Source of the DNA: Marsupella aquatica
Lineage: Eukaryota; Plantae; Marchantiophyta
Assembly (NCBI GenBank): GCA_973895155.1
Contig: OZ316896.1
Location: forward strand, 16,285,752-16,349,751
DNA: 64,000 nt
Direction of reading: 5' to 3'
The position numbers and the translations under genes are program-made. The notes beneath the pieces are model-generated. The model worked only from the letters and a program-made list of their open reading frames with translations, was not told where the DNA came from and made no database searches. This document shows, piece by piece, positions 49,283 through 61,166 of the stretch. Each line of letters starts with the position of its first letter. Within the stretch, counting starts at the first letter, position 1.

Positions 49283-50297
49283 TTTCCTCAAATCACACGC
49301 GAGTGGTGATTGGGTTTAAGCATCGTCATTCATTCCTCAAGTACGTCTTCTGACGAGGATTGATTTGCTATCTTCACCAGAGTAATCAGTCTTTGCACAT
49401 TTCAGTTTCATGTTATTGGTTAGAGATCGATGTCTATGCTTTGGCTGCTTTTGTTTCAAATCAGTCCAGTCTACTTTCGAATTTGGCTCTTGCAGCATGC
49501 CTGATTGGCACCGATTCAGCTACTTGCATCTACTAGTCCTTGACAAATTTAGCATACTGGAAGCGCTTGGCACTTTGCTACGAGAAATGCCGCTCACAAA
49601 CTAGATGTATCACGAATTTGTCCAGATGCCGTTAGTGTGAAACAGACTTTGAATGTTTTTATTGGAAAGCAGTCGAAGAATTGTTTTTTCTATATCGTTT
49701 TTTTTGCCTCGAAAGAACCAAATGTTTTCTCTATATCGTTTTGTCGTCTGTCTATAAATTTGAATGGTTTTCATACAAACTGTACTTTATTTTGTTGCCT
49801 TGTATTTGACCTTCTTACCGAACTATTCATATCTGTCGATTTGGAAATTTGTGGATCTGTATGTGGAATGGTTGGCAATCTAGAAAAGAACTAGAATTGA
49901 AATGCAAAGGATTTAAACCGAGAAAGCTAGTTAAAATTTCTAAATCTGCCTCTTCCTGCCTCTTCCAGCTTTAATTCAAGGTTCGAGTGGAAAATGCAAT
50001 GACTCTTCGATTTCATAGATCAAAGAACTTAGGCACTGAAGTATTGAAGGTGTTTTGAAGAAAAATGAAAATTTTCAGATTACATTGATCGAGATTTGAT
50101 TAAGATCTTAAGGTCGTAAACTCAGCAAAATGACAGCAATAATCGATAGGAAGGGTTAACGCAATTTCTACTGAACTTCGTCTACAAAGAGCATTGAAAA
50201 TTGATGCTATTGATCAACTGTGCATTCTTAGCGCGCAGCAAGGCTATCTAGCTAGACTACTAGCTAGGTAACTAAAGTCTTCACCAGCTGTTCCATT

Positions 50298-53051
50298 TTA
50301 TTCCACTCTACTGATAAGAGGAGAGTTCAAATCAAACTCGAGTATTCCAACCCCAATGCTCCCCGGAACAGCATTAGGTGAGATAGCGCCGTTCTCTGAT
50401 GCAGTTCGCCCTGAAGAAGCCTGATCCATGCTCGTCTGGACAGACTTTGTAGCAGATAGTGAAGGAACTGGCATGAGCCCCTCTAGCATATGCACCACCT
50501 TTCCCATACATGGTCGAGATGCGGGATCATCTTGCACACACCACGCAGCAACTCTCAGAGCTCTCTCTGCCTCCACTAAGTTAAATTTCCTACCGAGATT
50601 CTTGTCGACGAGCTCTGAAATGTCCCCCTGTCGAAACGCTCTTTGGAGTCCCCATTCGGAGAAGGCTTGCTGCTGTTGCGATGTCACCGGTCTTGCAATG
50701 GTTCTCGAAGAACTGTTTTTTGAATCTGAATCGGCAGCCTCGTCGACCTTTCTTCTTCCCGTGACAACCTCTAGGACCACCACTCCGAAACTGTAAACGT
50801 CGCTCTTGGTGGTATGCATTGAAGGACAACTCGACGACAAACATTCTGGGGCCATGTAACCTCGAGTGTTGCTGCTGCTGCTCCCTCTGAGATTGGACGG
50901 TTTGGCCTTCGACTGAGCCTCCTTCACTTTGAAGTTCTGAGTAGTCATGAGCTTGACAAGCCCAAAGTCGGACAATTTGCCCTCAAAGTGCTCATCCAGG
51001 AGAATATTGTGAGTGCTGATGTTGCAATGCACTATACATTCACCCGTGCACTGTTCGTGCAGGTAGGCGATAGCTCTGGCAGTGCCGAGAATTACCTTGA
51101 AGCGCTTCTTCCAGTCGAGGCAAACGACTCGAGGGGTACTACAACTGCTGCTTTTGTCGGCGACCATCAGCTGGGCCAGCTTCATGTTTGGCTGACGGGG
51201 TTTATAGAATATAAACTTGTCCAGAGAACCATTGGCGATGAACTCGTAAACTAAGAGACGATGCGACGAGCCTTCACAACAGAAGCCATACAAGCGAACG
51301 AGGTTCTGGTGATGGGCGTTGGCAACTATGGCCACCTCAGATCGAAACTGCTTCTCTGCGGGCTGCAGCTGGCCCGAGCTACCATCATCTAGCTCCTTCA
51401 CGGCAACCGATGTACCGTCTGGCAGCACCCCCTTGTGCACTGTTCCGAAAGCACCCGCACCGAGCTTTAGGGAGAAATTCAGTGTAGCCGCTTGCAGATC
51501 CTTGAAGGAGAACCTCGTTGGTGCTCCTGGCATGAAATCTACCGAGTTCCATAACTGCCCAAGGCCCTGTTGATGCAATCGAGCTTCTTTCCACCAGTGA
51601 TAGCAACAGGCACTCAGCAGAAAGCATGTCAAAGAGAATGCAATGACAATAGCAGCCACAATCTCCGGGCGTACCAGACTCCCACGGGAAGTGGAATGAA
51701 AATCTGATTGCTCCGCAGCGTCAGGAGCGCTGAGATTTACTAAAGCATTTACTTTGAGGTAGCTGTTTCCGGTGGGATCAACGTGGCCACTCTCTTGCTG
51801 TGATTTGAGGGAGCATGTGCCATTCCCATTGTAAAAGTAGAAGATTCCCTGGCACGCACAGTCCTCAGAGCACCTCGTCAAGCAATCCGTTTGTGAGATC
51901 GCTTGCAGGGTTATGTAATCGTCACCTGAGCCATGATACTGAAAGTTGTCAAGCTTCATGAACTGCTGGCCGGAGCTGCCAGTGCTACAGTTCAGGGGAA
52001 TCGGCGGCTCGCATCCTTGAGAGAAATCGTTGGGATCCACAAGCGCAAACTTGTCAGGACATGTACACACAGGGTCAGGTTCGTAGCTGCACAATCCATA
52101 GGGCCCGCATAGATTTATGGCAGAGCACTCATCCCTTAGAGCTTTCCACACAACGAGCCAAGTTGTGAGGTTTTCAGACCAGCTGTAGATACGGAGATCA
52201 CCCCCGACTCCTAGCTTCATGTGCCTTAGCGCGCTAGAACCCACATCGGTGGTCATCCAAGAGGCCCAGACAGAACCAGAACTGTTGTACATTGCCAAAA
52301 AGCCGGAAGCATTCAGATAAGAGAATGAATACTTATCGGGGTACATTCTAGATGTATCAGTCCTGGGGTCCATTGCAGTCCAGTACGATGCCGAAGAGGG
52401 TTTATAGTAAAGACGCAGGTAGCCATCGAAGTCCTGCTTGAGAGAGTATCTCCCCAGAGCAGCATTTTGGTTGGTCTCAGCAGAGACGAGCTCCAAACCT
52501 GCAGAAAGTTTTTGATTGGGCAAGAGTACGTCGCTAGGATTGCTGAATGTGTCCCACACCACATCCAACTGGGAATTCCTGAGAACGAAGTTACCGCTGT
52601 CCAGTAGCTCTGCAGAGAAAACGTTCAGCGAGCTCGTGTTCGTCTCCCAGACGGGATGGGTTTGGAGAGAGTCCATGAGCACCAGGTTTCCATCCTCCCC
52701 GAAACTCAACGTGGCTCCCTCAATCACCAAGCTGTTTCTGTTGGCCGTCCAAACCACGGTGCGCACGGGCACAGCTGCGTACCATACACTGAGAGTGTAT
52801 GTGTGAAGGCCAACGGAGTGAAACCCCAGAGCAAAGGTCCCATTCTGAGAGATCCAGGTACTGTTCTGATCTGTGGTAAGGGTTGATCCAAGATCGATGA
52901 TGCCGACCGTGTTATTCTGAGCTTGTACCAGAAATTCTTGGGGCTGCTGGCAGAGACTCCATACCAGCATTACGAGGGAGGTGCGCAAGTACATCATCCT
53001 GGACATGTCCTTGTAGACTTGCACCGACCTCCCCATATTAGGAGTACACAT
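50298..53051 (-). CDS. G-type lectin S-receptor-like (SD-2 type) receptor kinase, intronless, probable pseudokinase
   Basis: 917-aa ORF: signal-like N-terminus, B-lectin (SQNGTFALGF, VVWTANR, LLDSGNFVL, WDTFSNPSDVLLPNQKL), EGF-like (CGPYGLC), PAN/apple (CLTRCSEDCAC), TM helix, and kinase (GAGAFG, VAVK, DFG, TRGYMAPE, KSDVYSFG). The true start may be a downstream Met. Confidence 0.95.
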   Translation of the reverse strand: MCTPNMGRSVQVYKDMSRMMYLRTSLVMLVWSLCQQPQEFLVQAQNNTVGIIDLGSTLTTDQNSTWISQNGTFALGFHSVGLHTYTLSVWYAAVPVRTVVWTANRNSLVIEGATLSFGEDGNLVLMDSLQTHPVWETNTSSLNVFSAELLDSGNFVLRNSQLDVVWDTFSNPSDVLLPNQKLSAGLELVSAETNQNAALGRYSLKQDFDGYLRLYYKPSSASYWTAMDPRTDTSRMYPDKYSFSYLNASGFLAMYNSSGSVWASWMTTDVGSSALRHMKLGVGGDLRIYSWSENLTTWLVVWKALRDECSAINLCGPYGLCSYEPDPVCTCPDKFALVDPNDFSQGCEPPIPLNCSTGSSGQQFMKLDNFQYHGSGDDYITLQAISQTDCLTRCSEDCACQGIFYFYNGNGTCSLKSQQESGHVDPTGNSYLKVNALVNLSAPDAAEQSDFHSTSRGSLVRPEIVAAIVIAFSLTCFLLSACCYHWWKEARLHQQGLGQLWNSVDFMPGAPTRFSFKDLQAATLNFSLKLGAGAFGTVHKGVLPDGTSVAVKELDDGSSGQLQPAEKQFRSEVAIVANAHHQNLVRLYGFCCEGSSHRLLVYEFIANGSLDKFIFYKPRQPNMKLAQLMVADKSSSCSTPRVVCLDWKKRFKVILGTARAIAYLHEQCTGECIVHCNISTHNILLDEHFEGKLSDFGLVKLMTTQNFKVKEAQSKAKPSNLRGSSSSNTRGYMAPECLSSSCPSMHTTKSDVYSFGVVVLEVVTGRRKVDEAADSDSKNSSSRTIARPVTSQQQQAFSEWGLQRAFRQGDISELVDKNLGRKFNLVEAERALRVAAWCVQDDPASRPCMGKVVHMLEGLMPVPSLSATKSVQTSMDQASSGRTASENGAISPNAVPGSIGVGILEFDLNSPLISRVE

Positions 53052-55938
53052 CTACTAAGCAGGTGGAGATAAATATGTGCTAGCTAGAGATCGGCTTCTT
53101 GTACTATTAACTTGACTTGACATTCGTAAGGTCAAGCGAAGTAGGAGCTTCACAAATCAAACGGCGCAGAAGATCGGGGAAATCAAGGTGGGTGCATGCG
53201 TGAATTGCAGAAACTCTTGTTTTGCTGGAGAATTTTACGGTTGCGTCTGCATTCCCAGAGAAATTAAGAAATTAGACACTCAGATCAAACCGTCACCTTG
53301 TCTAAGAAGGTCCTGCCCTGGTCCTTTGGTCCAGCAAAGTCAATCTTTTACACGAAATAACTCCTCTCAAGCACACTTCAATGACATCCACCCAGGCCTG
53401 ATAGCAAAATGTGTACAAAACATGAGATTTCCTACCGATCTTGACGATCTCCAAATTGAATTTGCTGAACATGGACGCTTGTCACTCAGATAGGGAATTG
53501 AAGATGTCAATTTTGTTTAGCCATTAATTAATCAAGATCTATAAACCTGACGATAGAATGATGCTCAAGACAGAAAAAACTAGAAATCCGCTTGAGTTGA
53601 ACTTAACGAACAGTCGAATCTTAGCGACTGGTCATGCAAGCTATATTCAACAGACTGGTAAAAAGGGTTCCGTGAAGGCATGCGGGTATTTATTTGTTTA
53701 CCACTCGTGCAGTTCTACCTATTTAATGTATCTTACAGTACGGTACCTGTCCTGAGTCAACAAGCATGTAAACATGAGGCATGAGATCGAAATGGACTAC
53801 GCATTATAAAAAGTGCCACTTCTTGTGTACACATACATACCGGTAAGTATGTGATCGTCAAGCCATGGTTTCTTACGAGGATCGATCGATCCATCCGGGA
53901 TATCTTTCGGAAGTCGGTCCTGCAACCAGACAATGAGATCGAGCATGCTCAACAAAAGAAGAAAGGGAAATCAAAGAGCAGCCCGACCTGTTTGCACAAT
54001 TCAAATCAAGGGCTTTGCATACTTTGCATAGACTGCTATAAGATTTGAAAGGACTTGTCTTCGGCCAAGCTGTCTACTACAGTACTGAACTGCATGAATG
54101 CAATGCTTGCGAGCATGTGAATACTCAAATCAATCCAGCTCCACACCAAGAGATGAAAGAGAAATCAAGAGCAGCCGACCTGTGTATTGATTGAATGGCA
54201 CTTGCACGGCGAGTTTTCAGTCTATCTTGATTTGAGGCAATTCGATGAATCAGCAAGACTTCAATCACAAATCAATGCACAAAGCTTCTTGACCGACATT
54301 GTTATCACTTACTGGAGGTGAGAAGTTCTTCGAATAGAGACTGAAGTTTGCGGAAGGTGAGAGATTTCTTGATCCAAGAATCAGACTCCTGCTGCAAACA
54401 CTCGATCACCACGGCCCTTATATTATAATTCTTCCTCCATGTCATGATATCTTTTCCCAGACTCAACCTAATGGAATAAGGGGGTGTCCAGATGCATGCA
54501 AGATCGACGGCCCAAATCCATGATGCCATGTTACCATAAGGTACTCATGAGAAAATCATTTCGCATGTGATATTGGTTTTTAAGAGCAGCCCAGATGATC
54601 CATAAGGTTTGACACAAGTGCCTTAATGGGCCATCTAGACCCGGATGGGCTGCGATCGAGACAAGATTCGAACTTTCTCTGATATCATCTTGTATGCCAA
54701 ACCATAAAACTCTGGAACATGGCTCGTTCATTTTGTCCTCTATTTGTAAGGGAGTTTAGGAGCTAAGCGTACCAGGTGGGACTCACTTAATCTGTATAGT
54801 ACCAAAACTGGAAATAAGATCTTGAGGTGTCAAACTAATGTCACATTTTGGCAATTTTGCAAGTGTTTCTTGTATCAATCACCCACTAAGTGGAGAAAGT
54901 AAGAATTTAGCTAAAATTAGCCAACCTGAATATCACTGATTGGCAGATTGGTAGAGAGACACCCCTTTCTCCTGTACGTGCTGTCGTTAGAGTAGTTTAA
55001 TTGTGGTGCTTATTACTGTTCCCTTTTACACTTTCGGGTCCTCCTTGGACCCAAGCGTTTTGTAGCACATATATGACTTCCCTCCTGTTTTTCTATAACC
55101 CATCTCCAGTCAAATGTGATTTCCGAGGCAAAAATGTCCTTCAAAACTATTAAAGCCGGTTCTTCAAATGTAATTTCCGAGGCAAAATGCTGCAGAAAAT
55201 GGAAAGGTTTACCTAGTTACGTTACTGATGTTGGAGGGCTTCATATAATCGCTTGGAAAAATATGGGTGAACGTGGTTTTCTGCACTTGGACTTCAATTG
55301 CGGGTCAAGCCTATGCTCAGATTTAATCATGAGTAATAAGTGAGACGAGGAGCATCGTCATGACTCCCGAGGACATGCTTCCATCTTCGTACGGACTATT
55401 ACATTGTGGAAGCTGCACTAACTTCTGCCTGCAACAAAGCTCACAATCTCTCGTTCCAAAGGAAACTTAACAGAAAACGGAGTTCTTTTTCCGTGAAGGC
55501 TGTATCCGGAATTCGATCTTTTTGTGAGTACTGTGGGTCGAAAACCCCAAGCGAAGGGACACTCACTCAGGACGCCAGGACCTGGCGATTGGATGCGATG
55601 ATCTTGAGAACACTTACGTACCCTGCTGCTTAGCCATCTCATGATTAGACCTTTTCCACATATGTTTCCGTTGCTAGTTCTGAGCCTCTGAGGACTTCTA
55701 CCACCATCATGATGTTGAGTAAGTCTAAACCAAACTCATCATTTCTAGGACGTCAGATTCCAGCCGACGAACGGAAGATTACCGGCCAGCGGCGGCATAA
55801 TGATGTGGTGGCGAGCTTTTGTTTCCACTTTCCAGTTCCAGAATGTGCGAGAAATGAGGGGAATCGACCAAAGTCAGTCAGCCGTGCATGATATTTAGTT
55901 CAATCATACATGGTACGTTGCTAAAAAAGCTTCTGTCA

Positions 55939-56006
55939 AAGCTACACTCTTTTACAGTATTTAGTGTCACTAAGCTACACTCTTTTACAGTATTTAATGT
56001 CACTAA
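55939..56006. repeat. Two-copy ~33-bp tandem duplication
   Basis: AAGCTACACTCTTTT(T)ACAGTATTTA(G/A)TGTCACT occurs twice. Confidence 0.85.
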
Positions 56007-58289
56007 ACAATTAGTGTCACATACTAATTAGGGGTAGCCCTTGAATTTCCAGACAAGTGACACTATTTGCTGTCACCCCACTTTTTCAAAAAAATTGTAA
56101 TGTATTGAGAAAATTGATAGTTAGAAGTACGTTACAATGTTTTTATGGTAACCCCCAGACCGAACTCACTCCAATGTTATGCATACTAGCAGCCACATGT
56201 GTTTCCCTTGTGTTTTGGCTTATTACTCTTTGTGCAAGATTGACTGATTGAGAACATGGTAGGATGTGGATGGCCCATCATAGCTGATTTGCTAGAGCAA
56301 GGGAAAAAGAATCACTTGAAGATTATGTTAAAATGTCACGGGTAATTAATGTAATTTGTGTATCCTTTTGTCTCTGTTTGTTGCACTAGAAAGTTTAGCA
56401 TCTTGAATAACATTTTTTAATTGTGTCAAAATATTAGTATGATAGAGGTATATATTATAAAATAATATATATGACATCCACTGTTATAGCACCGGATATT
56501 GCACTGAGCTCTATCAAATGAATGCAAAAAATTGGAAGTCCAGGCTACCAAGTTGTTTCTGTATTATAGCATGATGTTCATTCTAAGACACAGTTATTTT
56601 AACTTATTGAAAATAATGTCAATTGTACCCTGTGTAAACTATCAATTAATTTTTAAATGGTTTATCAAATAGAAGCTATAGCATCCTATTCAAATGTATT
56701 AAAACAGTGATTCTAAGAAATAAATGGAATAAAGATGCACCTTTAAAGTGAAGAAACTACCTTACTTTTTAGGGGAAAGACAAGTACATAATTTATAAGT
56801 CAATATACCTTAGGGGTATAGTACTTTGTGCTTGACAGAGAAGTGTGCTAGCTTTGGGCTTAATTTGTACTCTACTTTTGGGCCCTATTGAGAGATTCAC
56901 TATTTAGGTGACACCTGTTAACCTCTAAACCATAAAGGTTGGAAAGTTTTTCACCGATGGAGATATAACCTACAGGGCATGACTGGTTTCTGTACTGGTG
57001 CATCCTGGTCAGTCTAACCTTGTCATGCAATAGAGAAAGAATGACAGAATAAAAATATCATCAAATGCATGATAAGCGATCATAGTAAAACCTAACATAT
57101 CAAATGAAAATCATGGACTTGAATTAATTAAAGGGGTCAGAAAAATTGCTAAATTCAAACCAATACAAAGTGTTTCAAAATGATTGACTAGGCCAGATTT
57201 AAAAGAAAATTCAGACTTCTTCTGATAAGACAAAATAGGGTAGAAGGTGTTAGCCATATAGCAGCTACCACTTGAATTGTTTCTGTAAACTTCAGTTTGC
57301 CTCCCAATCTAGGACCAAGACCAAATAGAGAGAAAGGAAAGGGCTGGACGAAGCTTTTCTCTTGTGTATACCTGATTGGAGCATGTGTACTATATGATCA
57401 GAGGACACATTTCTAACCATGTCCCACCACCACTGACAGAAGCTGGTCATAAATTAAGATGTACTACAATTGAAACTTTTATAAGAACTAAAAATATATT
57501 ACATCCATATTCACCCTAAAGGTTACCACCATGCATGCACGCCAATTCTCATACCCTAAATGATATGTTCACTTCACTTCTGTGATATAGTACTTTACTA
57601 TTGGGTGTGTAAAGGCCATGATCGACTGACTAGAGGTTCATCTCCTCCGTCCATCTGAGCAAACATTTCCTTACCCTTTTTCAATGATTCTTTTCGATCA
57701 GCTATGTTGGGGGGTGGGGGCGTGCTCATATTACGGGCAGTTTTCTTCACTTTAATTAGGGAATTAAATTTAGATCAAAGTAACATGGAAGCAAGTAAGG
57801 GGTGACCATTCATAAAACGTGCCACATGTCATCACATGATTTATTATCCGCCATACGTAGAAAATAGCAGGAAGGAAAATGAAAACCTACAAGTGATCTC
57901 AATTTATCGATTCTCTCCATGTTGGTTGCTTTTGGTCCAATATCTGCCCTCGTCCTCAGCATCGAGCTACTCCAAAACAACATCAAACCCAAAAAGCACA
58001 TCGGTTTGATCTTCAATTAGAGCTGAAACATGCATAAACAAGGATGGGAAGTTGAAATAAATGATGAACTTCTGGTTGTTCTAAGAGAGCATGTTTTGGC
58101 AACAGGCCACTTGAATGATTATCATGCCTTTTCAAGAATTTTCCTCACATAACTTGGAGTGAAAGCCTGACTGTTCGACATGCAAACTACAGCAAATCTT
58201 ACTTATCAACTAATCGCGCGAGTCACGCGATGCAAAGTTACCTTCCAGGGCAATGGTCTAGAGTGAAACCTTTAGACCATAATTCCAAT

Positions 58290-58444
58290 AAAACTGACCC
58301 CTACCATAAATAAGGACAGAATTGAAAGTGACAGTGGACAAAAAACAAGGATGGGAGACCGGAATTCTCAACAAGAACAAAACTGACCCCAACCCTAAAT
58401 AAGGACAGAACTGAAAGTGAGGGTGGACAAAAAACAAGGATGGG
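58290..58444. repeat. Two-copy direct repeat, ~65 bp conserved, ~90-bp period
   Basis: AAAACTGACCCC..CC.TAAATAAGGACAGAA.TGAAAGTGA...TGGACAAAAAACAAGGATGGG occurs twice. Confidence 0.85.
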
Positions 58445-59519
58445 GGCAAAGATAAACCCAAAACATCATTGAATTCCTTTTTATTCAAGATTTTATTTTG
58501 CGTTGATCCCTATTTCAAGGAACCGTTAATGAGGCTAATTATATATATGTCCTAGCTTTGGTTGACGATGCAGCCCATTGACTTTCAAAATATGTTTTGC
58601 GCATTCAAGTTTTGGGGCACGATTAATCAATGTAAGCGTCAAGATCCTACAGACACAAGTGTTTTCATTCCACAATTTGCAAGCTCAAATCGGTCAATAT
58701 GGAATCTGCATCAATACTTGTCCCTCTTACTGTCCTCATGAGCTAAAATTTATCGAGCATGAATAGCAGAGGACTGTGAAAGAACACAAGTTTGTAAGCT
58801 TAATTAGCTAGGAAGAACTGCTGTTGGAGGAGTCCCAACTACAACTGAAGTAGTCGATAATTCTGCTTCCGTCACATTGGTAAGAGGATCCTTACATTTT
58901 CCAACGTAACGGTTAATGATGAGGGAGAGAGTTCTAAATGCAATCAATTCATGAGACAACGCCTGAATATTGCACTTCAATACGTGTCAATATCACTCCC
59001 CACTGATTACAACCAAGCATTGGCAAGTTTGAACCGAATTAAAGCTACATCCTAGTCTACAAGTGCAAACAATTAGATTACAATTTGGCTTAGAAGCACA
59101 CTCGAAATTGTGCACAAGAAAACTTAGAGAATGCTTGCCATCTACAGTTGAATGTTTCAAGTGCTTGCTGGGATGCTTCTACTTCGCCCTGGTAACAGTT
59201 CCCAAAAACTCTGAGGCAATATTATGATTAGACTCCGGGCACACCCCTGCTTGTTACTCCATTCCTCTTACTTAGAGTTGGTTGAGTCCGTTGTGTTGTC
59301 CGATTCTGACCTCCAATCATGACAAACTGTTGGTGTTCTGAATTTCTAGAAACTAGAAACGAAGGGCTGGCAAAGGCAACATCCACAAGAATGACTTCTG
59401 ACCACGGTGCTCCTCATCAATGATACTTGGACGATGACAAGTTACAATAGCTTTGGCACTTAAGATCGAGAAATAAGGCAAATTCACAATTCATTCAAAA
59501 AGTTGTCCGGAATCCTCTC

Positions 59520-61166
59520 ATGGACAAAATTCCAGAAAATTCTGCTCCAACAAGTCCTTCTAAGCATCATTCCTCGAGCGGAAATGACCTGTGGATCGAT
59601 GGGCTTCTTTGCGCCTATGAATTGATTCCTCCCGCCATACATCATTTGAAAGGCGGAGGGAAAATCGTCGGCCAGACTAGTGAACCTGTGATGGCATATT
59701 TCCCGAGTACAGAGATCACTATGGCGATTGTCTCCGAGGGATCCCCTGCAATTCAACAGAGCAACAGTGAACGCCCTGATCTAGATGACACTGCAAATTA
59801 TGTCCATTTGAAAATCGACAAACCTGGGAGCAATGAGGATAGTCCCGGAAGAGACCGGGGTGTAGCCCGTTTACATCAGATTGCAAAGGAGCATCGATTC
59901 AAGCATTGGGTTCCAATTGGGTGGGCACGAATTGCTGAGCTTGTGGAGTATGTGCAGAGACACTCCATGCCTTTGGAAGACATGCTTGATGTTTCTGGGT
60001 CAGATGATGGGTCATGTGCTGTTGCCGATCAGGCTGCGCCGTTTTGGCAGTTGCCAAAGGGACCAATTTGGTGGTGCCATGTTCTGGCAGGCCATCCTCG
60101 CATCATGAAATGGCTGACTGATGCCCAATGGCTGCACCCTGCCATAAAGTCCGGCCTTCGAGATGAGAGTCGTCTGATCAGTGAGCGCATGAAACACCTC
60201 TTCTATGAGGTGCCAGTTCGAGTCGGTGGGGGTCTCTTGTTCGAGCTTCTTGGGCACTCAGTGGGTGATCCTGACCGTAATGAAGATGATGTTCCCGTCG
60301 TGCTCCGTTCATGGACTTCTCTGAATTTTCTCATCACAGCAATGCATGTAAAAGGAAGGATTCCTAATGGATTGAACGTGATTGGAATATCGGAAGTTCA
60401 GGATTCGATAGCGGCAGGAGGTGCGTCAGCACCACAAACCGCACATGAGGTAGTTGCCTTTTTGACAGACCGACTTGCTCGATGGGATGACAGGCTGTTT
60501 CGGAAGCACTATTTTGGAGTTGCTGATGAAGTGGAACTGAAATTTGTGAGCAGGAGAGGGGACCACGACCTACCAGTCTTGAGCATCATTCTCAACCAAG
60601 AAATCAAGAGATTGTCCACACAGGTGATCAGGGTGAAATGGGCTCTTCATGTACGGCAGGAGATTTCATATGAACTTCTGGCACATCTACGAGGAGAGAA
60701 CACACAAGCTACTTTAAATAAGATTGCAACAAGTACTGGAGCCATGCTGGAGGAACAGGAAGCTGTTTGTGACCGCCTATTCAAACTTCAAGATGTAATG
60801 GAAAGTACTTATCATGCATCTCTCCAGGTCACAAGTGTGCGCATCATGCACAACCTGGCAGTTATTGGCAGTGCTGGTCTGTTTTTGACCTTAATAGTGG
60901 GCATCTTTGGGACAAACCTGAGTGGAATACCTGGACAAGAAAATGCACCTCACGCTTTTGGGTTTTTCACACTCACACTTTGCCTTGTTGGGGTTTTTCT
61001 AATTGGGTTTGGTCTGAAGTTCCTAAAATTTAAAAAGCCACCAACAGAGGAGCAATTAGAATCCAGGAAGCAAGAGCTGCAGAACCTAGTAATTAAGTTT
61101 CAACAGTCTGCCGAAGCTCATGAGAAACTTAGGGGAGACTTATCTAGTAGGAAGCACTTGGACTGA
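59520..61166 (+). CDS. CorA-like (2-TM-GxN) divalent cation transporter family protein, At2g42950-like, intronless, 548 aa
   Basis: Single ORF with LWIDGLLCAYELI, HWVPIGWARIAELV, GPIWWCHVLAGHP, LRDESRLISERMKHLFYEVPVRVGGGLLFELLG, RLARWDDRLFRK and ILNQEIKRLSTQVIRVKW, plus two C-terminal hydrophobic helices around GIFGTNLSGIPG. Confidence 0.9.
   Translation: MDKIPENSAPTSPSKHHSSSGNDLWIDGLLCAYELIPPAIHHLKGGGKIVGQTSEPVMAYFPSTEITMAIVSEGSPAIQQSNSERPDLDDTANYVHLKIDKPGSNEDSPGRDRGVARLHQIAKEHRFKHWVPIGWARIAELVEYVQRHSMPLEDMLDVSGSDDGSCAVADQAAPFWQLPKGPIWWCHVLAGHPRIMKWLTDAQWLHPAIKSGLRDESRLISERMKHLFYEVPVRVGGGLLFELLGHSVGDPDRNEDDVPVVLRSWTSLNFLITAMHVKGRIPNGLNVIGISEVQDSIAAGGASAPQTAHEVVAFLTDRLARWDDRLFRKHYFGVADEVELKFVSRRGDHDLPVLSIILNQEIKRLSTQVIRVKWALHVRQEISYELLAHLRGENTQATLNKIATSTGAMLEEQEAVCDRLFKLQDVMESTYHASLQVTSVRIMHNLAVIGSAGLFLTLIVGIFGTNLSGIPGQENAPHAFGFFTLTLCLVGVFLIGFGLKFLKFKKPPTEEQLESRKQELQNLVIKFQQSAEAHEKLRGDLSSRKHLD

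Noticed and set aside
56902-56914. ATTTAGGTGACAC match to the SP6 promoter (also reverse complement at ~34407)
   Set aside because: Only 13 nt match, the TATAG continuation is missing, and no vector sequence is adjacent; this looks like a coincidental repeat motif, not contamination.
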